Assembly (NCBI GenBank): GCA_963675495.1
Contig: OY776215.1
Location: 960,001-1,024,000 of the forward strand
Length of the DNA stretch: 64,000 nt
Source: an uncultured Methanolobus sp.
Lineage (GTDB): Archaea; Halobacteriota; Methanosarcinia; Methanosarcinales; Methanosarcinaceae
Direction of reading: 5' to 3'
Both the position numbers and the translations under genes were made by a program. This document shows positions 1 to 8,645 of this stretch, one piece after another. The first letter of the stretch is position 1; each line of letters starts with the position of its first letter. A model generated the notes under the pieces. The model worked only from the letters and a program-made list of their open reading frames with translations, was not told the DNA's origin and searched no databases.

Positions 1-6
1 TTCCAC

Positions 7-438
7 TTGCTCAATCTTGGAATAATACCGGACATCCTTATAGTGGATGACCGCACTAAACGCGGACCGGCATCAGACCGGGTCGTAGTAGGTACCAAGC
101 ATAAAGGGTTCACCGAAATATCCGTTGACAATCCAGCAGGGGTAATAACCGAAGATCTGATAGACGCTGTAAGAAATGCGTTGAATGCAGATGAAAATGT
201 CAGGATATTTGTGCGCGGCGAGGAGGACCTGGCTGCTGTGCCTGCGATTCTTATGGCACCAGAAGGCTCAGCTGTTCTTTATGGACAGCCGGACGAAGGT
301 GTTGTACTTGTTAAGATAACATTACCTAAAAAGGAACAAATGAAGAACCTGTTAACTGAGATACTCAAAGAACAGGATCATGATTCAGAACAAATAGAAA
401 CTATTCGGAGGAAACTGGATGGATATCAAAATCATTAA
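7..438 (+). CDS. GTP-dependent dephospho-CoA kinase (DUF359 family), 5' part lies outside the window
   Basis: Motifs [42 protein letters not shown]; usual position just upstream of rps24e. Confidence 0.85.
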   Translation: MLNLGIIPDILIVDDRTKRGPASDRVVVGTKHKGFTEISVDNPAGVITEDLIDAVRNALNADENVRIFVRGEEDLAAVPAILMAPEGSAVLYGQPDEGVVLVKITLPKKEQMKNLLTEILKEQDHDSEQIETIRRKLDGYQNH

Positions 439-754
439 CGATAAAAATAATGCGCTTCTCAACAGGCGTGAATTAAACCTCACTGTCACTTTTGACGGAG
501 CAACACCGTCAAGAGATGATGTGAAAGGCAAGATTGCAGCTATGCTCACTGTACCACTGGAACTTGTGATCGTTCAGAAGATAGAGAACGAGTTCGGTAA
601 GCAGGAACTTAAAGCATATATCAAGATCTATGAAGATGAAGCCCGCATGAAGCAGGTTGAAGAAGCATATGTGCTTGAAAGAAACAAGCTTCCTGAACCA
701 GAGGTCGCTGAGGAAGAAGAAGAAACACCTGCAGAAGAGTCTTCAGAGGAATAA
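419..754 (+). CDS. rps24e: 30S ribosomal protein S24e
   Basis: [18 protein letters not shown]...YIKIY motifs; acidic tail. Confidence 0.95.
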   Translation: MDIKIINDKNNALLNRRELNLTVTFDGATPSRDDVKGKIAAMLTVPLELVIVQKIENEFGKQELKAYIKIYEDEARMKQVEEAYVLERNKLPEPEVAEEEEETPAEESSEE

Positions 755-756
755 TC

Positions 757-906
757 ATGGCAGTAAAAGATTACTACAAGGTCAGCGGCGATTCCATCGA
801 GCGTACCCGTCAGTCCTGCCCACGCTGTGGCGAAGGAGTATTCCTCGCAGAGCACAAGGACAGACGCACTTGTGGAAAGTGCGGATACACCGAATTCAAG
901 AAATAA
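757..906 (+). CDS. rps27ae: 30S ribosomal protein S27ae (49 aa, not in the ORF track)
   Basis: Manual translation [49 protein letters not shown]; two CxxC zinc ligand pairs; directly after rps24e. Confidence 0.95.
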   Translation: MAVKDYYKVSGDSIERTRQSCPRCGEGVFLAEHKDRRTCGKCGYTEFKK

Positions 907-918
907 TTATTTTATAGT

Positions 919-960
919 ACGACCCATAAAGGGTTGTCTTCTCTTTTTTAGATTTTTTTT
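919..960 (+). terminator. Putative terminator after rps27ae
   Basis: ACGACCC-ATAAA-GGGTTGT stem-loop followed by T-rich tracts. Confidence 0.5.
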
Positions 961-1310
961 CTTAAAAACCAGATGCACTAGTTACATCTGTATTAGACCT
1001 GAAAGATTTACATTTTAACTATTGTTTTTCAAATAACATCATTTTTTCTTCCTGTGGCATAATATAATATTTCTTGAATATATTTGCATCAATACATTGT
1101 GAAATTTTGTACTGCCTGATGCATATTTCATATGAGAAAATTCCGAAAGATTTAATAATAGGTAGATTGTTTGCACTTATTAGTTAGAAAGCAAACACTC
1201 ATGTTTTGGTTTTTTACATACATTGCTTAAAACTTAATTTGTGGGTGGTAGTTATTCATAACAATTAGTTAGATAGATATACATAATAAATTATAAAAAA
1301 GAGGAATTCG

Positions 1311-1985
1311 ATGAGCTACGTTTATGCAGCGGTGGTAGGCATACTAATAGGCATCTTCATATTTGGTTTGAAGACCGGAGTAGGATGTGGTTTTTCCACT
1401 GTCAGAAAAAGAGATATCCTGATACTTGCAAGCAGTTACTTTGTCATTTCCATAATACTTGGAAGTCTTGTAGAAATAGTGGACCAATCCTATATTGAAG
1501 CTATTTCAAATCTTGGAATGACATTACATGTATTCATAGCACTTGTCCTCATTGGTGCAGGGATATATACACAGAAAAAATGGTCTTGTGGTCATGACGT
1601 TTCCAAAAAAACGTTCCTTGTGATCTCTGTACCCTGCCCGGTTTGCCTTACAGCTCTTTTTGTTTCATGCATGATACTGGCATCAACCCTTGATGTCAGC
1701 GGCTGGAAGGTCGGGGTGCTTGTAGGTTTTGTTTTCTTTATATCAGTAATATCATCAACATGGGTCTTCAGAAAAATGAAAAGAACACCTGAAGATCTTG
1801 GAACAACAATGATGTTCCTTGGAATTTTCTACCTTCTAGGAGCAATGATAGTGCCAGCTTACATCAAGGCAAAGAAACTCAACCTGGCACTAACTAGCGG
1901 GGGAGAGTTTGAGATCATTCCACTGTTGATATTCACTATCTTCATAATAGGGGGCTATGCCCTCAATAACATTAGAGGTCAATAA
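1311..1985 (+). CDS. DUF2162-family multi-pass membrane protein (permease position of the module)
   Basis: About 6-7 hydrophobic segments, GLKTGVGCG and PCPVC motifs; first gene of the operon with ExbB-like and DUF2149 genes; GAGG SD upstream. Confidence 0.75.
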   Translation: MSYVYAAVVGILIGIFIFGLKTGVGCGFSTVRKRDILILASSYFVISIILGSLVEIVDQSYIEAISNLGMTLHVFIALVLIGAGIYTQKKWSCGHDVSKKTFLVISVPCPVCLTALFVSCMILASTLDVSGWKVGVLVGFVFFISVISSTWVFRKMKRTPEDLGTTMMFLGIFYLLGAMIVPAYIKAKKLNLALTSGGEFEIIPLLIFTIFIIGGYALNNIRGQ

Positions 1986-1987
1986 AA

Positions 1988-2611
1988 ATGGATGCTACTT
2001 CTTCATTGTTTGGTATATTGTACACATTTTCAGCTTCATTGCTGTACCCGGTGATCATTATTCTCATACTGCTGGTAGTCTTCTCCCTGATGCTTATAGG
2101 AGAATTCCTGTCAGAATATGCAAAAAGACATAGAGATATCGGAAACCTTGAACTGTGTTGTAACAAGGTAAGAGAACATGTCAGTTCCCAGAAATACGGA
2201 GAGGCTGCCAATTCACTACGCAATATAGAACAGAACTTCATGGTTACAAGCTTTGCAACTTCTGCTGCCGATCATCTTGAAAAGAACATGCTACCTGCTG
2301 TTGAATGGCTCTCCCAGGAATATGAGATAAAAATGGCAAAGAGACTTGAACAGACAAGGATCGTTGCAACTATCGCACCAATGCTCGGCCTGATGGGAAC
2401 TCTTATTCCCCTTGGACCTGCACTTATAGGTCTTTCACAGGGAGATATCGTACAGCTTGCAAACAACCTCATGATAGCTTTTGCTACAACAGTGATCGGT
2501 CTTTTCGCAGGAATTATCGGTTATGTGCTTACCCAGGTAAGAAAAAGATGGTACTGGCAGGATATGGCTGATATAGATTATATCCTCGATACTCTGGAGG
2601 TTGCGGAGTGA
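1988..2611 (+). CDS. MotA/TolQ/ExbB proton channel family protein (HmuU-like)
   Basis: Signature RIVATIAPMLGLMGTLIPLGPAL...AFATTVIGL. Confidence 0.9.
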   Translation: MDATSSLFGILYTFSASLLYPVIIILILLVVFSLMLIGEFLSEYAKRHRDIGNLELCCNKVREHVSSQKYGEAANSLRNIEQNFMVTSFATSAADHLEKNMLPAVEWLSQEYEIKMAKRLEQTRIVATIAPMLGLMGTLIPLGPALIGLSQGDIVQLANNLMIAFATTVIGLFAGIIGYVLTQVRKRWYWQDMADIDYILDTLEVAE

Positions 2612-2976
2612 AGAGGAGAAGAAGCCGACGAACAGGACTCATAAATAATGAGGATGAACAAAACCCTCTTACAGGGGTTGCCAATCTTTTTGACATTGCG
2701 ATGGTTTTCTCAGTTGCACTTCTGGTAGCATTGGTTATGTCCTACCAGTTACCGGAACTTCTCAGTCCTACGGAAGATATAACGATAGTAAAGAATCCCG
2801 GGCAAAAGGACATGAAAATAATCATCAAGGATCAGGGTAAACCCATTGAGGTCCTGAACATGACAGACCAGATAGGCGGTGGAACAGGAGAAGCTCTCGG
2901 TACGGCCTACAAACTTGCAGACGGAAGAGTTGTTTATGTGCCAGAGGAAGAGGGGGCAAATACGACCTCTACTTAA
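2608..2976 (+). CDS. DUF2149 protein (ExbD/HmuV-like single-TM partner)
   Basis: NPLTGVANLFDIAMVF TM with conserved Asp, IVKNPG, GTAYKLADGRVVYVPE; GTGA overlap with upstream stop. Confidence 0.85.
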   Translation: MKRRRSRRTGLINNEDEQNPLTGVANLFDIAMVFSVALLVALVMSYQLPELLSPTEDITIVKNPGQKDMKIIIKDQGKPIEVLNMTDQIGGGTGEALGTAYKLADGRVVYVPEEEGANTTST

Positions 2977-3083
2977 ATTTTCATTTTTTTTATTATCATT
3001 TAAACAAGTTAATTTGTTTTAAAACAATTTATATTTACTAAATCATAAAAATGGTGGATGAAAAGTCAGTATAAAATGATCAG

Positions 3084-6000
3084 ATGGTGGTCGATATGAT
3101 AGAAAAGAGAATGGTTGGAAAAAATTACATAGGAATTGCTGGAAAGATCAGTTTGATCCTTCTTTTAAGTATACTTATTTTTTCAGCCAATGCAATGGCA
3201 TTGGATCTGAACCAGTTTGAGTTTGTTGCGAATACGACCAGTGACTCAAGTGGAAATTTTACTTTTGAGAATATTCCAAATGGAGAATACGTCCTGTACT
3301 CAGTAAATGAATCATATTCTAAAAAATATGACGAATGGAGATGGTACAATGGAAAAATAGACATTAAAGTGAATAGTTCAGACATTACAGGTCTTGAACT
3401 TGAAGTAGCCAGTGGATCAGATATAGATCAAAACGAAGTATTGGCATATCTGGACAAGTCAGCAATAACAGGAAATACTTACCTCTATGCAATGAGCAAG
3501 TACTACTACAAAGCAAGTACGTTAGTTCTCATTGACAAACAAACAGATGAACTTATAGCTAACACCACATCTGATAGCAGCGGAAATTTTACTTTTGAAG
3601 ACATTCCAAATGGAGAATATGTCCTGTACTCGGTCAATGAATCATATTCTAAAAAGTATGATGAGTGGAGATGGTACAACGGAAAAGTAGACATAGAAGT
3701 AAACAGCTCAGACATTACAGACCTTGAACTTGAAGTAGCTAGCGGATCAAATATAGATCAAAACGAAGTATTGGCATATCTGGACAAGTCAGCAATAACA
3801 GGAAATACTTACCTCTATGCAATGAGCAAGTACTACTACAAAGCAAGTACGTTAGTTCTCATTGACAAACAAACAGATGAACTTATAGCTAACACCACAT
3901 CTGATAGCAGCGGAAATTTTACTTTTGAAGATATTCCAAATGGAGAATATGTCCTGTACTCGGTCAATGAATCATATTCTAAAAAGTATGATGAGTGGAG
4001 ATGGTACAACGGAAAAGTAGACATAAAAGTAAACAGCTCAGACATTACAGACCTTGAACTTGAAGTGGCCAGCGGATCAGATATAGATCAAAGCGAAGTA
4101 TTGGCATATCTGGACAAGTCAGCAATAACAGGAAATACCTACCTTTATGCAATGAGCAAGTACTACTACAAAGCAAGTAACGTAGTTCTGCTGAAACAAA
4201 AATCTTCTACTATCACCAATGAGCCTCATCTGAACGTATCAATAATTACCGGATATTCATCCTATGAGGAAGAGCTTGCCAATTTCACAAACAGGATTAA
4301 TTCCAATCCAGAGCTCAACATAAATGTTAGTACGTATATAACCACAAAATTACCTGACGATATAGATCTCAGCAATACGGATATAGTTTACATTAAGATG
4401 GTTACTCAGAGTGCTTCAGAATTTGAGGATACGCTTCAGGAAGCTATTGACAATGGTGCCCTTGTAATTGGTCAGAATACTTACCTGCCTGAGAGCAATT
4501 ACACACATCCATCAAATCCAAATTATGATACAATTACCAAATTCAAAGATCATTTGGATGATTATTGGTCAGGAGCCTCATTAGATGATACAAACTTTGA
4601 CAATCTCATATTCTATCTGGCACAGGAATATTACGGTCGTGCTGACCTCACTGTAGAAGAACCTAGTGTAATACCAATGGCAATCTATCATCCGGGAATG
4701 AAAGACATGCCTGCTGAATACCTCGTTGTCAATGCAGAGGAGTATTTTGGATGGTATGCTAACAGAACGGATGGACATGCTTTCGATGCAGATGCACCAA
4801 CTATAGGCATTACATTTTATGGTTCATACTACATGGATGACATGGACCCTATTAACAAACTCATAGAAGGGTTTGAAGAAAACGGTGCAAATGTAGTAGC
4901 ATGTTATGGTGGTACCAAAAATCATCTTGATGGATACCTGAATTACAGCAGCCAGACAAAAGTTGATGCTGTTGTTTCCTTCCACTATCGTGGAAATTAC
5001 TTTGATCTTGAGGAGCTTGGAGTACCTGTCATGAATGCCATACTCAACGGGTACATGAATACAAGCCAGTGGATTGAAACCAGCACTCCATTGCCAGTAA
5101 CTAATATGCTAAGACTTTACAGACCTGAAACTGAAGGTGCTATTGATCCTATTATGATCGGAGCTCTGGAAACGATTGTTGAGGACAACAGTACAGTAGA
5201 GAAGTACATTGGCCACGATGAACAGATAGATTGGCTTGTTGAACGTGCCATATCCCAGGCAAACCTTTCCATTGAAGAGGAATCTGACAAGAAGATAGCT
5301 ATCATCTACTACAACCATGGTGGCGGAAAGGACAATATCGGTGCCTCATATCTGGAAGTTGCACCAAGTATTGTGAACCTCCTTGTAGGAATGGATGATG
5401 CTGGTTACGACGTGAATGGAACACTCATACCCAACAAGACAGAACTCGTGGACCTCATGGTCTATCAGGGAAGAAATGTAGGTACATGGGCTCCAGGAGA
5501 ACTGGATAAGATGGTTGAGACCGGAAAGGCCGAGCTCATACCTGAAAGCACATATCTGGGCTGGTTCAATGAGCTTCCAGAAGTAAGACGAACAGAAGTT
5601 ATCGATATGTGGGGAGAAGCTCCAGGAGAGATAATGGTCTACACCGATGAAAGCGGTGACAGATTTATTGTCATCCCAAAGATAAGCCTCAGTGACAATG
5701 TGATCCTTGCACCACAGCCAACAAGAGGATGGTTGCAGGACAACGAAGTACTCTACCATGACGAGGAACTTCCACCTCATCACCAGTACATTGCATTCTA
5801 TCTGTGGATGCAGAACGAGTTCGATGCTGATGCAATGGTTAACATGGGAAGACACGGAACCGTTGAATGGTTACCAGGCAAGGACTTCTGCCTGCTCAGT
5901 GAGGAATGGCCTGCTATCATGACAGGTGATATACCTGTTGTCTATCCATACGTGATGGATGGTATGGGAGAAGGTCTCCAGGCAAAACGCAGAGGTAATG

Positions 6001-8357
6001 CAATTATCATCGACCACCTGATACCACCTGTTGTGTCAGCTGGAAGTTATGGAAACTACAGTGTATTGAACAACAAGATCAGTGTTTACACAACCTCGGT
6101 CACTGAATCCGAAGCACTGCTCCAGGCTCATTTGCAGGATATAATCACCCTTACAATGGAACTTGGACTGGACAGCAGAGTGAATATGAGTCTTGCACAG
6201 GACAATGCAACTGTGGGCATCTTCCTTGATGATCTGGATGACGTACTAAGAGAACTGAGAAGCCAGTCCATGCCTTACGGACTTCACATACTTGGTGAAG
6301 CACCACAGGGCGATGAGCTTGTAGGAATGGTCAAATCCATGCTTGGAGATGACTACACAGATGCTGTAGCAGCTTATAATGACACGGAATCTGCACCATT
6401 TGATATGTTGAGCCTTGTTCTGCTCGATAGTATGAACATCACAGATGCCCAGATGCAGGTTCTTGGAAATACTTCTGCAACAGTGGAGACCGATCTGACC
6501 AATGCCATCAATTACGCAGAACTTCTGGCTGAATCAGATAACGAGATCCAGCAGGTCCTAAAGGCAATGGATGGAGGATACATCGAACCAAATCTTGGTG
6601 GAGATCCGATACTCCGTCCTGATACACTACCTACTGGCAGGAATTTCTATGCATTTGATGAGCAACTGATACCAACAGAAAACGCATGGAATGATGGAAC
6701 AGCACTTGTGGACCAGTGGATAGCCGATTACTATGCAGAACACGGTGAGTATCCAAATAAGGCAGGATACATCCTTTGGGCAGGTGAATCAACCCGTCAC
6801 GAAGGTGTAATGGAAGCACAGATATTCTACCTACTTGGAGTCAAACCTGTATGGGATGAGGATGATAGTGAAGTCGTTGATGTGGAACTTATACCAGCAG
6901 CTGAACTGGGAAGACCTCGCATCGATGTCATGGTACAGATATCAGGACTTTACAGGGATACTTTCCCAATGAAGGTAGACCTTATCGACAAAGCTGTAAG
7001 ACTTGCTTATGAGCAGGATGAACCTGACAACTATGTCAGGGAGAACACCAATGCTCTTCAGCTAGCACTTAACGACACGATCGGTAACTACAACCTGTCA
7101 CTTGACATTGCACAATTCAGGATATTCGGTCCGGAAGATGGTTCCTATGGTACCGGAATGGCAAACGCTGTGTCAGCCAGTAATACATGGGAAGACAACA
7201 GTGAACTCGCTGAACTTTACATCAATAAGATGAGCTACATTTACGGTGAAGATATCAGAGGGCAAACTGTTGAGGAGTACATAAAGCAAAAAACCGGAGA
7301 GGATATCCAGATCGATGACACTCTTGTCTTTGAGAACATACTTGATGGAACTGACGTACTTGTACATAGCAGAAGTTCCAACACATACGGTGCCACAAAT
7401 ACCGATGAGTTCTATCAATATCTGTCAGGCCTTTCCAATGCCATTAAGGCAGTATCCGGTGAAGAGCCAGACCTGCTGATAGCAAACCTGGAAAATCCTG
7501 CTGACCTTAAAGTAGAGGATGTGGAAACATACCTTGAGAATGAACTGTACACTGTGTTCAGTGATATGAATATCCAGGGATGGATGTCACACGGATACGA
7601 AGGTGCCAGAATGATGATGAACTTCGTTGAGAACCTCTGGGGAATTGAAGCCCTGACACCTGGTCTTGTAACCGAAGACATGTGGGCTCAGACCTATGGA
7701 AAGTTCGTTGCAGATAAGACAGTATCAGACTGGATGAAAGATGCCAGTCCGTATGCCTATGAGTCAACAACCGGCAGACTGATCGAAGTAGTCAGAACAG
7801 GAAACTGGAATCCTTCAGATAAAGTACTGGAAAGTCTTGTGAATGAGTATATTGACACTGTTGTTGAAAATGGTGTAACATGCTGTCACCACACCTGTGG
7901 TAATCCAACGCTTGATGAATTCATTACGAGTGCGGTTGATTCCGGAAAGATACAGGTTTCACAAGCAAAGATGGACGAGTACAAAAAGATCATGGAAGAA
8001 ACCAGAAATCCACTTCCAAAAACTCCAACATCAGCACCAACTCCAACAACAACTCCAAGCAGCAAAAAGAGTTCCAGTAACACGGGGACTGAACTGAATG
8101 TTGTCGAAACCAGTGGAGGTAACCAGAGCACCTTCACAGATTCCGGTGCAGGAGACATACTGGAAGAGGAAGCATCCATGAAGTCACCTGTTGAAGACAG
8201 TTATGTCGAGGGATATGAAATGACAAGAGAAACTGTTGAGGATGATTCTGAAAGTAGTCCATATTCCATATCGGGTTCAGATGTGATAGCATCTGTACTG
8301 GTGATCGGACTTGTAGGAACGATGTATATAGGATTCTGGAGAAGGAGGAAATTGTAA
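3084..8357 (+). CDS. Secreted, membrane-anchored CobN/Mg-chelatase H-like protein 1 with 3 N-terminal Ig-like repeats (start may be ATG 3096)
   Basis: Signal peptide ending ANAMA; CobN core motifs (PPHHQYIAFYLW, MGRHGTVEWLPGK, LPTGRNFY, GRPRIDV, SGLYRD); CCHHTCGNP; Ser/Thr linker; C-terminal TM + RRRK. Confidence 0.9.
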   Translation: MVVDMIEKRMVGKNYIGIAGKISLILLLSILIFSANAMALDLNQFEFVANTTSDSSGNFTFENIPNGEYVLYSVNESYSKKYDEWRWYNGKIDIKVNSSDITGLELEVASGSDIDQNEVLAYLDKSAITGNTYLYAMSKYYYKASTLVLIDKQTDELIANTTSDSSGNFTFEDIPNGEYVLYSVNESYSKKYDEWRWYNGKVDIEVNSSDITDLELEVASGSNIDQNEVLAYLDKSAITGNTYLYAMSKYYYKASTLVLIDKQTDELIANTTSDSSGNFTFEDIPNGEYVLYSVNESYSKKYDEWRWYNGKVDIKVNSSDITDLELEVASGSDIDQSEVLAYLDKSAITGNTYLYAMSKYYYKASNVVLLKQKSSTITNEPHLNVSIITGYSSYEEELANFTNRINSNPELNINVSTYITTKLPDDIDLSNTDIVYIKMVTQSASEFEDTLQEAIDNGALVIGQNTYLPESNYTHPSNPNYDTITKFKDHLDDYWSGASLDDTNFDNLIFYLAQEYYGRADLTVEEPSVIPMAIYHPGMKDMPAEYLVVNAEEYFGWYANRTDGHAFDADAPTIGITFYGSYYMDDMDPINKLIEGFEENGANVVACYGGTKNHLDGYLNYSSQTKVDAVVSFHYRGNYFDLEELGVPVMNAILNGYMNTSQWIETSTPLPVTNMLRLYRPETEGAIDPIMIGALETIVEDNSTVEKYIGHDEQIDWLVERAISQANLSIEEESDKKIAIIYYNHGGGKDNIGASYLEVAPSIVNLLVGMDDAGYDVNGTLIPNKTELVDLMVYQGRNVGTWAPGELDKMVETGKAELIPESTYLGWFNELPEVRRTEVIDMWGEAPGEIMVYTDESGDRFIVIPKISLSDNVILAPQPTRGWLQDNEVLYHDEELPPHHQYIAFYLWMQNEFDADAMVNMGRHGTVEWLPGKDFCLLSEEWPAIMTGDIPVVYPYVMDGMGEGLQAKRRGNAIIIDHLIPPVVSAGSYGNYSVLNNKISVYTTSVTESEALLQAHLQDIITLTMELGLDSRVNMSLAQDNATVGIFLDDLDDVLRELRSQSMPYGLHILGEAPQGDELVGMVKSMLGDDYTDAVAAYNDTESAPFDMLSLVLLDSMNITDAQMQVLGNTSATVETDLTNAINYAELLAESDNEIQQVLKAMDGGYIEPNLGGDPILRPDTLPTGRNFYAFDEQLIPTENAWNDGTALVDQWIADYYAEHGEYPNKAGYILWAGESTRHEGVMEAQIFYLLGVKPVWDEDDSEVVDVELIPAAELGRPRIDVMVQISGLYRDTFPMKVDLIDKAVRLAYEQDEPDNYVRENTNALQLALNDTIGNYNLSLDIAQFRIFGPEDGSYGTGMANAVSASNTWEDNSELAELYINKMSYIYGEDIRGQTVEEYIKQKTGEDIQIDDTLVFENILDGTDVLVHSRSSNTYGATNTDEFYQYLSGLSNAIKAVSGEEPDLLIANLENPADLKVEDVETYLENELYTVFSDMNIQGWMSHGYEGARMMMNFVENLWGIEALTPGLVTEDMWAQTYGKFVADKTVSDWMKDASPYAYESTTGRLIEVVRTGNWNPSDKVLESLVNEYIDTVVENGVTCCHHTCGNPTLDEFITSAVDSGKIQVSQAKMDEYKKIMEETRNPLPKTPTSAPTPTTTPSSKKSSSNTGTELNVVETSGGNQSTFTDSGAGDILEEEASMKSPVEDSYVEGYEMTRETVEDDSESSPYSISGSDVIASVLVIGLVGTMYIGFWRRRKL
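3228..4197 (+). repeat. 3 tandem intragenic repeats of 330 bp (110 aa), prealbumin/carboxypeptidase-regulatory-like fold
   Basis: Units start 3228, 3558, 3888 (ANTTSDSSGNFTFE.IPNGEYVLY...); units 2 and 3 nearly identical at the DNA level. Confidence 0.92.
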
Positions 8358-8366
8358 AGTGTTTTT

Positions 8367-8404
8367 GGCGCTTTTAAAAAAAGCGTCTTTTCTTTTTTAT
8401 TTTT
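8367..8404 (+). terminator. Terminator after chelatase 1
   Basis: GGCGCTTTT..AAAAGCGTC hairpin + oligo-T; homologous hairpin follows all four chelatase genes. Confidence 0.8.
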
Positions 8405-8574
8405 ACAATGATAATGAATTCATTTATATGCGGAAAGAGTTATTACTTTTTATGCTAATGTATATACACATTATAATCACATAACTAAGTAAAACACAAT
8501 TGTTTGTGATTTTAAATAATTCTATATACATATTTAATTAGAATTTAAGAAGTTTTGAATTGATTGATCAATAG

Positions 8575-8645
8575 TTATGAGCACTCCTGAATAACCGCCA
8601 AACAAAACGGAGAGTGTTCTGAACACGTTATCGGGGGATAACATG
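8575..8645 (+). promoter_or_regulatory. Conserved two-hairpin leader element, copy 1 (candidate cis-regulatory RNA)
   Basis: GAGCACTC..CCGCCAA..GAGTGTTC stem-loop, then GTTATC-GGGG-GATAAC hairpin abutting ATG 8643. Confidence 0.7.

Noticed and set aside
628-1018. ORFs 628-855, 657-917 and 827-1018
   Set aside because: Shadows of rps24e and the real rps27ae (757-906)
8575-8645. Canonical cobalamin riboswitch ahead of the cobN-like genes
   Set aside because: Element is only ~70 nt and lacks recognisable B12-box/GGGAA...GCCACTG features; kept as an unassigned motif
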